Part shown: one piece after another, positions 52,020-61,900 of the stretch
How positions within the stretch are numbered: the stretch's first letter is position 1
Layout of the letters: every line of letters begins with the position of its first letter
Origin: an uncultured bacterium
GTDB taxonomy: Bacteria; Joyebacterota; Joyebacteria; Joyebacterales; Joyebacteraceae
Length of the DNA: 64,000 bases
Assembly (NCBI GenBank): GCA_964596015.1
Contig: CAZQSB010000001.1
Coordinates: forward strand, 48,191-112,190
Direction: 5' to 3'
The notes under the pieces: generated by a model
The model's database searches: none
Told to the model about the DNA's origin: nothing
What the model saw: only the letters and a program-made list of their open reading frames with translations
Made by a program: the position numbers and the translations under genes

Positions 52020-53903
52020 GTGAAGCACGCTCTCCGGCTCATCCTCGCCACCCTCCTCTGCCTCCCCGCCGCGGCCGGCGCGGGAGCGCCCGATGGAGCG
52101 GCCGGCCTCATTGCGGACGCGCTGAGGTCTGTCGCGCTGGACCGGGACGACCTCTCATTCCGCACGGACTACGCCGACCATCCGGACTCGTTCCGCCTCG
52201 CGCTCGTTGACTCGCTCCTCGAGGGCCCGCTCGACACCGAGTCGTTCGTTCTCTCGGCGGCGGACGCGGCGATGGAGGCGACCTCGCTCGAGGCCCTCGT
52301 CTCGGCGTGCGCCTTCGACCTCGGGCTCCGGCTGGAGGGAGTCGGGTGTCCGACCGACCCGGACGGCCGGATGGAACCGAAGGCGGGCGGCCCGGAGCTG
52401 CTGGACGTGCTGCTGCCGGCCTTCGCCCGCGTCGACGCGCTCGTCGACGAGGCGCTCGAGGAACTCACGGACGAGGAGCGGGAGTTCCTCCGGGAGAACG
52501 CCCCCGTGCTTCTCGAGGAGGAGGAGTTCGACCCCGACAAGCCGATCGACGAGAGAGAGCGGGAAGAAGAGGAAGAGGAAGAACTCGGCGACCGGCTCCT
52601 CGAGATCGCGGGACGTATCGACTACGGGAAGCTCGCCGAGGCGGGACGGATCCTCGCGGCGGCGGTCGACGCGGCGGTCCCGCTCGCCGTCGACATGGCG
52701 GCGGCGCCGCCGGCTCGGGAGGAGGTCCCCGAAGAGGCGCCCGTCGAGGGTGACGTCCTCAGGGTGTTCGACTCGCCGCACGGGTTCCTCGTGATCGGCG
52801 GACCCGGCGCGACGCTCTACAGGGGAGCGTTCCCCCTGATCATCGACCTTGGAGGGGACGACGTCTACGACCAGAGGCCCGAAGGGCGGCCTCAGACGGC
52901 GTCGGTCATCGTGGACGTCGACGGGGACGACACCTACAGAGGCCGGCACCACGCCCTCGGCGGAGGGTTCCTCGGAGCCTCGGTCCTCGCGGACCTGGCG
53001 GGCGACGATGAGTACCGCGCCGCGAGCTTCTCGATCGGTTCGGGGCTCTTCGGGGTCGGAGTCCTCTACGACCGAGACGGGAACGACCGCTACGTCGGCG
53101 ACACGTGCGTCGAGGGCGCGGGCGCCTTCGGGATAGGAGTCCTTCATGACGAGGCGGGAAACGACGTGTACGAATCCGCCCTCTTCTCACAGGCTTTCGG
53201 CTTTGTGATGGGTTCGGGGCTCCTCCTCGACCGGACAGGCAACGACCTCTACGTGGCCGGCCTCAAGTACACGGACGAGATCCGGTACTTCGACCACTAC
53301 CTCAGTCTGTCGCAGGGCTTCGGGTTCGGATGGCGGCCCGACGCCTCAGGCGGCATCGGCCTGCTGGTCGACGGCGAGGGGAACGACGTCTACACGTCCG
53401 ACATCTTCGGGCAGGGTTCGAGCTACTGGTTCGCGGTCGGCGGACTCGTCGACCATGCCGGGAACGACCAGTACGTCTCGTACCAGTACGCGCAGGGCGC
53501 CGCCACGCACATCACGGTCGCCGCGCTCATAGATGTCGAGGGAGACGACAACTACGTTTCGAAGGGCGTCTCGCAGGGCTGCGGTCACGACCTCGCGATC
53601 GGCATACTCCACGACCTCGCGGGAGACGACAACTACACCTGCCACGACCTGTCGCAGGGGGCCGGGAACGCGAACGGGATAGGGGTGCTCCTGGACGACG
53701 CCGGGAACGACGTCTACTCGGTCCGGAACCCGCTCAACACGCACGGCTACGGCAACAGGCGGCGCGAGTACGGGAGCGTCGGGCTGTTCATCGACGCCGG
53801 GGGCATCGATACCTACTCCGGTCTCGGCGCCGACGGCACGTGGTGGACGCAGAGCTTCCACGGCGTCGGGATCGACGCCGGAGATGAGGAGGACGAACGA
53901 TGA
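52020..53903 (+). CDS. Secreted repeat protein with 12 copies of a ~26-aa D-x-x-G-(N/D)-D-x-Y unit (predicted beta-solenoid), function unknown
   Basis: GTG at 52020 after GGGAGGA. Signal KHALRLILATLLCLPAAAGAGA. Acidic helical N-terminal part (EREREEEEEEE). Repeats: GGDDVY, GDDTY, GDDEY, GNDRY, GNDVY, GNDLY, GNDVY, GNDQY, GDDNY, GDDNY, GNDVY, GIDTY. Confidence 0.75.
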   Translation: MKHALRLILATLLCLPAAAGAGAPDGAAGLIADALRSVALDRDDLSFRTDYADHPDSFRLALVDSLLEGPLDTESFVLSAADAAMEATSLEALVSACAFDLGLRLEGVGCPTDPDGRMEPKAGGPELLDVLLPAFARVDALVDEALEELTDEEREFLRENAPVLLEEEEFDPDKPIDEREREEEEEEELGDRLLEIAGRIDYGKLAEAGRILAAAVDAAVPLAVDMAAAPPAREEVPEEAPVEGDVLRVFDSPHGFLVIGGPGATLYRGAFPLIIDLGGDDVYDQRPEGRPQTASVIVDVDGDDTYRGRHHALGGGFLGASVLADLAGDDEYRAASFSIGSGLFGVGVLYDRDGNDRYVGDTCVEGAGAFGIGVLHDEAGNDVYESALFSQAFGFVMGSGLLLDRTGNDLYVAGLKYTDEIRYFDHYLSLSQGFGFGWRPDASGGIGLLVDGEGNDVYTSDIFGQGSSYWFAVGGLVDHAGNDQYVSYQYAQGAATHITVAALIDVEGDDNYVSKGVSQGCGHDLAIGILHDLAGDDNYTCHDLSQGAGNANGIGVLLDDAGNDVYSVRNPLNTHGYGNRRREYGSVGLFIDAGGIDTYSGLGADGTWWTQSFHGVGIDAGDEEDER

Positions 53904-54880
53904 GAACGCTGGTCGTCCTTTGTCTGTTCGCTCTCGCGGCGCCGGTCGCGGCCCAGGAACCGGGTGAGGCCCCGCCCGACACGCTGGCGCTCGCGAAGAT
54001 GTCGCCCGAGGAACTCTTCGTCCGCGCTTCGTCGGCCGAACTCCAGTACGCAGGTGACCTCGAGCCGGCCCGTCGACTCCTCGCGCGGAAGCACGGGGAG
54101 TCGATCCCGTATCTCGTGACCGAGCTCGACACCGATCAGCCGAGAGAACGCATCGCGCTCGAGAACATCTTCGTCAGGATCGGAGAGGACGCGGTTCCGG
54201 CGCTGGTCGAGGCCCTCGCGCGCGAGGCCCGCCGCGACGACACGACGCGCGGGGCGCGTCTCGCCGCTTACGTCCTGGCGAGGATCGGAGACCCGGCAGC
54301 GGTTCATCCTCTTGTGGAACTTCGGGAACACGACGAGTGGAAGATGCGCTCGTCGGTGGCCGACGCGCTGGGCCACCTCGGTGGGCCGGAGGCGGTCGAG
54401 ACCCTGGTGGGCTTTCTGGATGACGGGGACGACTCGGTCAGGAAGGCCGCGGCCGCGTCGCTCGACCGCGCCGCGCGGGACGAGGCGGAGCTCGTCCTGG
54501 AACGCGCGGTCGACGGGCTCCTTCGGGCTCTCGAGGACGACTTCTACGGCGTGCGATACGCGGCGTCGGACGCGCTGGGACGACTGGGCGACGAGGTCGT
54601 GCCCCATCTCGCTGAACGCGTCGGGAGAGGTGAGCCGCGGACCCGGATGATGACCCTCCGCTCGCTCGGTCTGGTCGGGGGCCGCGACGCGCTTCGTGCC
54701 ATCGCGCCACATCTCGAGGACGACGACTGGGCGGTGCGGGCGCAGGCGGCCGAGGCGGCCGGCAACGCTGGGACGATGTCGCGTTCCGTCAGGAGAAGGC
54801 TCGAAGCGATGGCCGGGAGCGACCCTCACCCTCTCCCGGCAGCGAAGGCGGCGGAGGCGGCTTCGGCGGCGGGTTCGTAG
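53900..54880 (+). CDS. Secreted HEAT-repeat (PBS-lyase HEAT-like) protein
   Basis: ATGA overlap with the upstream gene. Signal MRTLVVLCLFALAAPVAAQ. Repeats such as DEWKMRSSVADALGHLGGPEAVETLVGFLDDGDDSVRKAAAASL. Confidence 0.8.
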   Translation: MRTLVVLCLFALAAPVAAQEPGEAPPDTLALAKMSPEELFVRASSAELQYAGDLEPARRLLARKHGESIPYLVTELDTDQPRERIALENIFVRIGEDAVPALVEALAREARRDDTTRGARLAAYVLARIGDPAAVHPLVELREHDEWKMRSSVADALGHLGGPEAVETLVGFLDDGDDSVRKAAAASLDRAARDEAELVLERAVDGLLRALEDDFYGVRYAASDALGRLGDEVVPHLAERVGRGEPRTRMMTLRSLGLVGGRDALRAIAPHLEDDDWAVRAQAAEAAGNAGTMSRSVRRRLEAMAGSDPHPLPAAKAAEAASAAGS

Positions 54881-54890
54881 ACCATGCCGC

Positions 54891-56999
54891 TCAGCGGGCG
54901 CCGCGCATCAGCTGCCGCACAAGCTCCATGTTCGCCTCGAGCTTCTGATCGCCCGGTCTCAGGCGAAGCGCGGCCTCGAGCTCGGCCAGCGCCTCGCTGT
55001 ACTGCCCCGTCCGCGCAAGGACGATCGCCAGGTTGTTCCTCGCGTCCACGAACCCGGGCGCGATCGACACTGCCCGCGAGTACGACGCGATCGCCGGGGC
55101 CGGTCGGTCCATCTGTTCATAGACGGTCCCGAGCGCGTTCCACGCCTCCGCGAACGACGGCCTGAGGGTGACGGCCGCCCGGAGCTCGCGTTCCGCGTCC
55201 TCGAGACGGCCCGACCGCAGATAGAGCGAGCCCAGGTTGACGCGCGCTTCCGGAAGCCCGGAATCCCTTCTGACCGCCTCCTCGAAGGCGCCTATGGCCT
55301 GCTCGATCTTCCCGCCGCGCCACAGTAGGGCGCCGAGGTTGTTGGGCGCGCTTCCGAGCGTCGTGTCGGTCGCCGCCGCGCGGCGGTACATCGCCGCCGC
55401 CTCTTCGTCCCGTCGCAGACCCTCGAGCGACAACCCCATGTTGTTCATCGCCTTCGCATAGCCGGGCGAGAGCTCGAGCGCGCGCGCGTACGAGGCGACC
55501 GCGAGGTCGTATCGCCCCTTCTGAGCGTGCGCGAGACCGATGGTGTTGTGTGTCTGCGCGCGGTCGCCGACGTGCGTGCCGTAGAAGTCGATGTTCACGA
55601 AGGCGAAGAGGCCGACGAGGAGCACCAGCCAGGGGACGGCCCGCCGCAGCGCTCCGCCTCTGACGAGATCGAAGAGCCACGCCGCGGCCGCGACGGCGAG
55701 CACGATGATGCCGGGGACCACGGGCAGGCGATACCGGGCGTTGATGAAGAAGAGAAGCACGCTTCCCATGTAGGTCACGATGAAGGTGATGAGAAGCAGC
55801 CCCTCACGCCTCCGCGCGAAGGCGAACATCCCCAGGATGCCGAACGGAGCCACGAGACCGAACGACAGCCAGGACAGCGAGCGGAAGAGCGGAGAGTGAT
55901 CGCCGAAGTAGTAGATGTCCTTGTTGTTCGCGAGCTCGAACGAGTCCCAGAAGAGCACGAACTTCCTGACGTAGAGACGCGCGGCCTCTGCGGGCCTCTC
56001 TGTCAGGAACCGTCTTCCCCTGGCGTACCACCAACTCGACGCCTCGCTGGGAGCGAGTTCTCGGCCCGCGTCGCGCTCAGCGAGACGCACGGCGTCCTCG
56101 TACTCCCAGGCCTCCCCCAGCTCGGGGAGGACGGCGGCAACGCCGTCCGACCCCGGATTGTTCCCGATGTAGAAGTTGACGCCACCCTGCGACGCGATCA
56201 GAACGAAGTCATCTCCGACAAGGTGGTTCCTGAGCGTCACCGGCGCGACCACGAGCGCGACCGCGACGGCAAGCACCGCGAACCGGAGCGCGGCCGAGCG
56301 AAGGGGGCTCGCGCACACCAGCGGCGTCGTCCCGGCGCCGTCGCACGCGGGCGGAGGCTCACCGTCCAGTCTCCTCCTCGCCTCGCTCCACCAGGCCCAA
56401 AGGAAGATGAAGGGGATGAACACCAGCACGTTGGGCCGCGCTGTCGCCGAGAGACCGAGAACGACGCCGGCCAGTCCCCAGCGCGCCCACGTCGGTCGCT
56501 CGTCTGCGCGCAGCAGGAGAAGGAGAGCGAGGGAGTCGAGCATCACGATGAGCGACACTATGAGCAGCTCGTTGTCGAAGTAGAGGAAGAACGGATAGAG
56601 GGCGGCGACGGCGCCCGCGGCCACAGGCCACGCCCCGCGGACGAGACGCCGCGTCAGGAAGTAGACGATGACCGGCGTGAACGCCCCCCACGTGATCTGG
56701 ACGAGGCGCGCCGCGAGAAGGCTCCCGTCGAAGACACGGAGGACGAGGCCGAGAAGATACGGATAGAGCGGCGCGCGGAAGAACACGGCCGCGCCGAGCC
56801 AGTCGCCCGCCGCCAGCGCCTGAGCCCACTCGACATGGTAGAGCTCGTCGAGCATGGGCGTGTCGGCGAGAGGGCTCGCCTGAAGGTGAAGCACGTAGAC
56901 GAGACGGAGGGTCCATGCCACTCCGTAGAGAATGAGGGCAGTGACCGCCGGGCCGGGCATCCTCCCCGCGTCGTGAGCGCTCGGTTCCGTGGTCGTCAT
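54891..56999 (-). CDS. Membrane glycosyltransferase family 39 (ArnT/PMT-like) fused to C-terminal TPR repeats
   Basis: About 450 aa of multi-TM region with LDELYHVEWAQAL and FFRAPLYPYLL. C-terminal TPR repeats (AHAQKGRYDLAVASYARALELSPGYAKAMNNMG...). Confidence 0.85.
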   Translation of the reverse strand: MTTTEPSAHDAGRMPGPAVTALILYGVAWTLRLVYVLHLQASPLADTPMLDELYHVEWAQALAAGDWLGAAVFFRAPLYPYLLGLVLRVFDGSLLAARLVQITWGAFTPVIVYFLTRRLVRGAWPVAAGAVAALYPFFLYFDNELLIVSLIVMLDSLALLLLLRADERPTWARWGLAGVVLGLSATARPNVLVFIPFIFLWAWWSEARRRLDGEPPPACDGAGTTPLVCASPLRSAALRFAVLAVAVALVVAPVTLRNHLVGDDFVLIASQGGVNFYIGNNPGSDGVAAVLPELGEAWEYEDAVRLAERDAGRELAPSEASSWWYARGRRFLTERPAEAARLYVRKFVLFWDSFELANNKDIYYFGDHSPLFRSLSWLSFGLVAPFGILGMFAFARRREGLLLITFIVTYMGSVLLFFINARYRLPVVPGIIVLAVAAAAWLFDLVRGGALRRAVPWLVLLVGLFAFVNIDFYGTHVGDRAQTHNTIGLAHAQKGRYDLAVASYARALELSPGYAKAMNNMGLSLEGLRRDEEAAAMYRRAAATDTTLGSAPNNLGALLWRGGKIEQAIGAFEEAVRRDSGLPEARVNLGSLYLRSGRLEDAERELRAAVTLRPSFAEAWNALGTVYEQMDRPAPAIASYSRAVSIAPGFVDARNNLAIVLARTGQYSEALAELEAALRLRPGDQKLEANMELVRQLMRGAR

Positions 57000-57168
57000 G
57001 CGATGGTCTCCGGTTCGCCGCGAACCTACCGTCCCTCGGGAGTTTAGCCGATTCCGGGCCGGATGTCACGCCTCGCGGACCGCCCTCGGGCCGGGTCTTG
57101 AGGAGCCGGCCAACGCAGAATCACGGTCTACCGTACAATACTAACTGAGTTGTTTGTCCACATTTCGA

Positions 57169-57197
57169 TTGACACTCAACCCGATATGCCGTACACT
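57169..57197 (+). promoter_or_regulatory. Near-consensus sigma70 promoter in an AT-rich island upstream of the paralog pair
   Basis: TTGACA (57169-57174), 17-nt spacer, TACACT (57192-57197). AT-rich sequence lies upstream. About 200 nt before the first ATG. Confidence 0.55.
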
Positions 57198-57398
57198 CAA
57201 TGCGTATTGCGGGAGACTCTCGCGGGAGTTCTCCAAGACGATGGTGATTGAGGTAATTGGCAGGCTGCGACGGCCTTGCCGGTCGGCGCGGCGCTCGCGT
57301 CCGCGTGATCGCGAGCACATGGCGAACCGTCCTGCGGTGGTGGGTGGCGACCAGGTGACGCATCGTGCTCGGCACCACGGGGAAAGGAGAGGGACGCA

Positions 57399-58061
57399 AT
57401 GAAGAAGCTTGCGCTGGCGATTACGCTGCTGGCGATCATGCTCTTCGTCGTGGCGCCCGCGGGGGCGACCACGTACAGTGTCGGGATGACAGGTCTCGGC
57501 AGCTTCATGAAGAGCCCGGTCGTCTACAACTTCAACTTCATGTTCGGACTCACGGGGACGTGGTCGTTCACCATCGACGACTCGCTCTGGCCTGACCCGT
57601 CCGATCCGGACGCGCGGTTCGACTACATCTGGAACACGTTCTTCGCGGGCAACTACGACGCGACTCCGGGCGCCCAGGCGTGGAGAGGGTACTTCGACGC
57701 TCAGACGCTTCCGTCGACTCCGCAGTTCACGATGAACGTCACCTCGCCGATCTCGGGCACCTTCGGCGGCGACATAACTTTCGTCGTGCAGGTGCGCGAC
57801 ATCTACTCGGATGGTATCCTCGACGAAACCGAGAAGTTCAATGACCACAACATCAACGCCACGATCATCCTGAACCCGACGCTCGGCACGGGCGATCTCG
57901 TGAACATGTGCGGGCATGGTTCAATGTCCGGCGGAGACTTCAATTTCGTCTATCCTCCGACCGACGATTCGCTTACGATGTTCGGGCAGATTCAGATCAA
58001 CCCCTGCCCGAGCCCGGTCGAGGATTCGAGCTGGGGCACGATCAAGGCGCTGTATCAGTAA
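57399..58061 (+). CDS. Secreted protein, unknown family, paralog 1 (C-terminal SWGTIKALYQ tail)
   Basis: RBS AAAGGAGAGGG. Signal MKKLALAITLLAIMLFVVAPAGA. One DxxSDGILDE Ca-loop-like motif. Ends NPCPSPVEDSSWGTIKALYQ. Confidence 0.85.
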   Translation: MKKLALAITLLAIMLFVVAPAGATTYSVGMTGLGSFMKSPVVYNFNFMFGLTGTWSFTIDDSLWPDPSDPDARFDYIWNTFFAGNYDATPGAQAWRGYFDAQTLPSTPQFTMNVTSPISGTFGGDITFVVQVRDIYSDGILDETEKFNDHNINATIILNPTLGTGDLVNMCGHGSMSGGDFNFVYPPTDDSLTMFGQIQINPCPSPVEDSSWGTIKALYQ

Positions 58062-58145
58062 CAACGAAGCCGAGACACTCGGCTGAACAGGATTTGAGTG
58101 GAGAGGGAAGGCGTCCCTGCGGGGACCGGGCAAAAGGAGAGGAAG

Positions 58146-58799
58146 ATGCGTGCACTGACGATCGCTGTGATGGTGGCGTTGCTCGCTTTCGTTTCGGTCG
58201 CGAGCGGCTACACGCTGTACTACGGTTCCGGCAACGGCGACTTCATGGACGTCCCGCCGGTGTTCACCGGTGGCATGGACCCGGGCGGCGACATTACGGC
58301 CGGCTCGTGGACGATCACGATCACCGACGACGGCTGGCCGACCGACCCGATCGACCGGGCCGCGTACATCTGGGACACGTTCTACGCTCCGAACTACACA
58401 CCCGGCACCCCCGGGTTCTGGAAGGGCTACTTCGACACCGACCACGGTCTGTCCGCGATGAACGCGCTCCAGATCGTCGATGAGACGGGCGGCGGCGTCA
58501 TCGGTACGATGGGCGGCGTCTGCTCGGTCGAGATCCAGGTCGAGGACTCGAACTCGAACGGCATCCTCGATGAGGGCGAGTTCTGCAGCGGCAGCCTCAC
58601 GGGCCTCGTCATCATCATCCGCGACGGCAGCGGCATCTACGACGGCATGTGCGGCACAGGCAACTACTTCGGCAGCTACGTCAAGGACTGCCCCGGTACG
58701 TACGAGACCTGGCAGTTCGGCATGTACCTGTTCCTCAGCGACTGCTCGTCGCCTGTGGAAGAGGCCAGCTGGGGCAGCATCAAGGCCCTGTACCAGTAG
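58146..58799 (+). CDS. Secreted protein, unknown family, paralog 2 (C-terminal SWGSIKALYQ tail)
   Basis: RBS AAAAGGAGAGG before the ATG at 58146 (the track start is 58098). Signal MRALTIAVMVALLAFVSVASG. Aligns with paralog 1 throughout. Ends SDCSSPVEEASWGSIKALYQ. Confidence 0.85.
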   Translation: MRALTIAVMVALLAFVSVASGYTLYYGSGNGDFMDVPPVFTGGMDPGGDITAGSWTITITDDGWPTDPIDRAAYIWDTFYAPNYTPGTPGFWKGYFDTDHGLSAMNALQIVDETGGGVIGTMGGVCSVEIQVEDSNSNGILDEGEFCSGSLTGLVIIIRDGSGIYDGMCGTGNYFGSYVKDCPGTYETWQFGMYLFLSDCSSPVEEASWGSIKALYQ

Positions 58800-58929
58800 G
58801 CGCTTCGTAGGAGCGGGCGACGCCGGACGCGCACCACGAAGAACGACTGGAGCGCGTCGCCCCACGTCAGGGCCGGCGGCACCGCCGACGAAGCGACGCC
58901 CACCGAGAAGACTGCTGCGGATAAACTGA

Positions 58930-61900
58930 ATGCCCCGGAATGTAGGGTGTGGTGAGAGGGGCCGGGCTGGTATGTGGCTCGGCCCTCTCTCACCCCTGGC
59001 AATCGCGCTCGTCCTCCTCCTCGCGCTTGCGGGGATGACCGCGGGAGCCGCCACGGTACCGGTTGAGGGAGGCGGCCCTGCGAGCACCGAGAAGAGCGCG
59101 GCCGCTCCGGTTACGATAACTCTCGACCTTGTGGATATGACGACGGACGCGACGCCCACGCGGGGCCCGCGTCCGTCAGGCGTTTTCTGGGACAAGGAAG
59201 ACCCCGAACTCATCCGCCTCGTCGCGGTCCCGCACTGCCGCGAGGCTCACGTTCTCTCTGTGAACTCCCTCGCCACGGACGGTTCGCGCCGCGCGCTGGA
59301 CGCCGGGGCGGCGCGTGTGACCGAGCTGGCGCGCATCAGAGAGCAGACCGTCGCCGTGCTCGCGCTGGACCGGGCGGCCCTCGCGGGCGCCGCTCGCGTC
59401 GAGGTCGTCATTGAACCGGTCGATCCTGTCGGGCCTGTCGCGCGGACGACCGGTCCCTTCACAGCGACCTGCCGCCGCGCTCTGAGCGGATACGACCCCC
59501 GGACACCCGCGACCTGGTCCCCGCCGGCTCGACCAGAGACGAGAACGGGAACGGTCACCTACTGCTACTCGATGAGCGACTGCATCGCCGCGGGCATCGA
59601 CTTCCTCTTCATCGCCGCCGCCGACTTCGCCTACGCCCCGGCCATCTACGCGCTCGCCAACCACCGCGCGGCGTATCTCGGCCTCAATGTGGGCATCGTC
59701 TCGACGGACGCCATCGACGACCTGTCTCCCGGGACGCTCAGAGCGTTCATCCAATCGGTCTACGACTCGGAGAGCGCCGAGCACTTCGGTGACGGACGGC
59801 TCGGGTTCGTCCTTCTCATCGGTGACGCCTACGCGGACGACAACCAGACCGAGATGATCCCCGCATACTACGGATACGGAGGGAACGAGGAGGCGTCGGA
59901 CCACTACTACGCCTGCGTGAGCGGCGACGACGACTTTGAAGACATCATGCTCGGGCGTCTCCCGGCCGGGAACCTGACGGAGGTTGTCAGGGTCGTCGGC
60001 AAGACCGGGGGCTACATGCCGCTGTCCAAGGGCATGGAGTGGCGCGACAGCATGTTGCTGGTCGGCGGTCTCTTCTATACGACCAAGCAGGAGTACGTCG
60101 ATCTCTTCGACGAGTACCAGGAGATCGTTCCCGGCCCGATGACCGTGGACCGCATCTACCGACACGACTATATGAACGACTCCCAGTGCGCCGCGGACCT
60201 CGTCAGCGAGATCAACGACGGGCATCTCTTCGCCACCTTCGTCGGAGACGGCTGGATCCACGAGTGGCACAGGACGATGAAGTCGACGCACATCGAGCTT
60301 CTGGACAACATGGATCGGCTCCCGATCGTCCTGTCGATGGCGTGCATGACCGGGTGGTTCGACAACACGACCCAGGTAGGCCCAACCGGCTCTTACGACT
60401 GCTTCGCGGAGCAACTCGTGAATGCCGAGAACTCCGGAGCCATCGCCTGTTTCGCCGCGCCGCGCCCGACCGACGGCGGGGTCTACAGGACGCTGACCAA
60501 GGAGGTTTTCCGCTCCGCGTTCGAGGAGCACTGCGTCTATCTGGGCGAACTCTTCGCGACGGCGAAGCTCATGCATCTCCAGAGCGGCGGGCAGACGAAG
60601 TACGTGCGCCACTTCAACCTCTTCGGCGACCCTGCTCTCATTTTCGCCTGGGACGAAACGCCGTCCTCCGGCGCCGACCTCGTCGTCAGACCGCACGAGA
60701 TCTGGACCACGCCAGAGCATCTGAGCCACCACGATGAGCTCACGGTCGGAGTCACTCTCACGAACCAGAGCGTCGTGGACGCCCAGGCGGTGACGCTCCG
60801 CGCGACGTTCGACGGTCCCGCCGGCCAGTACGTGGACCAGGTCACTCTTCCCCTCCTCGGCGCATGGTCGGAGACGGAATACGTCTTCGTCCTGCCTCAG
60901 TCGGCGGCCGGAAGCGCCACACTGACGATCACGGCCGATCCGTCGAACGTCATCGCCGAGATCGACGAGACGAACAACGAGGCGCAGATCGAGCTCTTCA
61001 TCTACCCGTCCGTGCCCGGATTCCCGATCGACATGGCGACCGAGCCCTGCGCGCCGGCCGTCTCGGTAACGCAGGGCGGACAGGCCTCGATCATCGTCCA
61101 GGACGAGGAAGCCAGAGTATGGTCGATAGCCGCCGATGGTTCGGTCGCCTGGCAGTCCGACCCGGCGACCGCGCCGCTCGAGTACGGCCCGGAGATGGCC
61201 GTTGCAACGGGCGATCTCGATGGCGACGGCGAGCCCGAGACGGCCGTGCTCCGACGCATGGGGGCGGCGGCCTACGAGACCGATGGCTCACCGATGTGGA
61301 CGGTGAACACCTCTGATCCGCTCGGTCGGCCTGTGATCGCCGACGCCGACGGCGATGGCGACGGCGACGTCATACTCGCGACATGGAACCTCTTCGGCGG
61401 CGAGTCCGTCATCACGGCGATCGACGAGGACGGGAGCACGATCTGGTCGTGGACCGTCCCGGACGGCGGCCGGGTCTCGACAGCCCCCGTCGCGGGCGAC
61501 TTCGACCTGGACGGCCGTCTGGACGTGGCCTGCGGCACCGATCAGGGCAACGTCTGGGCGGTCAGCTGCGCCTCGGGCCAACCGGTCGAGCTCTGGCCGG
61601 CCGCGTCGCCGGGCAGCAGCGTCAACACGTTGGCCCTGACCGACGAGGAGGGCGACGGGCGCCTGGAGATCCTCGTCGGCTGCGACCACATCGTGTCGTT
61701 GTCCGCTCTCGACGGTTCCGAGCGGTGGTCCCGCGATCTCGACGGACCCGTGACCGCCACGGCCATCGGCGACCTCGACGAGGACGGCGACAAAGAGGTC
61801 GTCGTCGGCACGGTCTCAGGCACGGTCTACCGCATCGATGACGGGGTCCCACTCTGGGGCGTGAGCCTGGGGGCGCCCACAAGCGAGTCGTTCGTCATCG

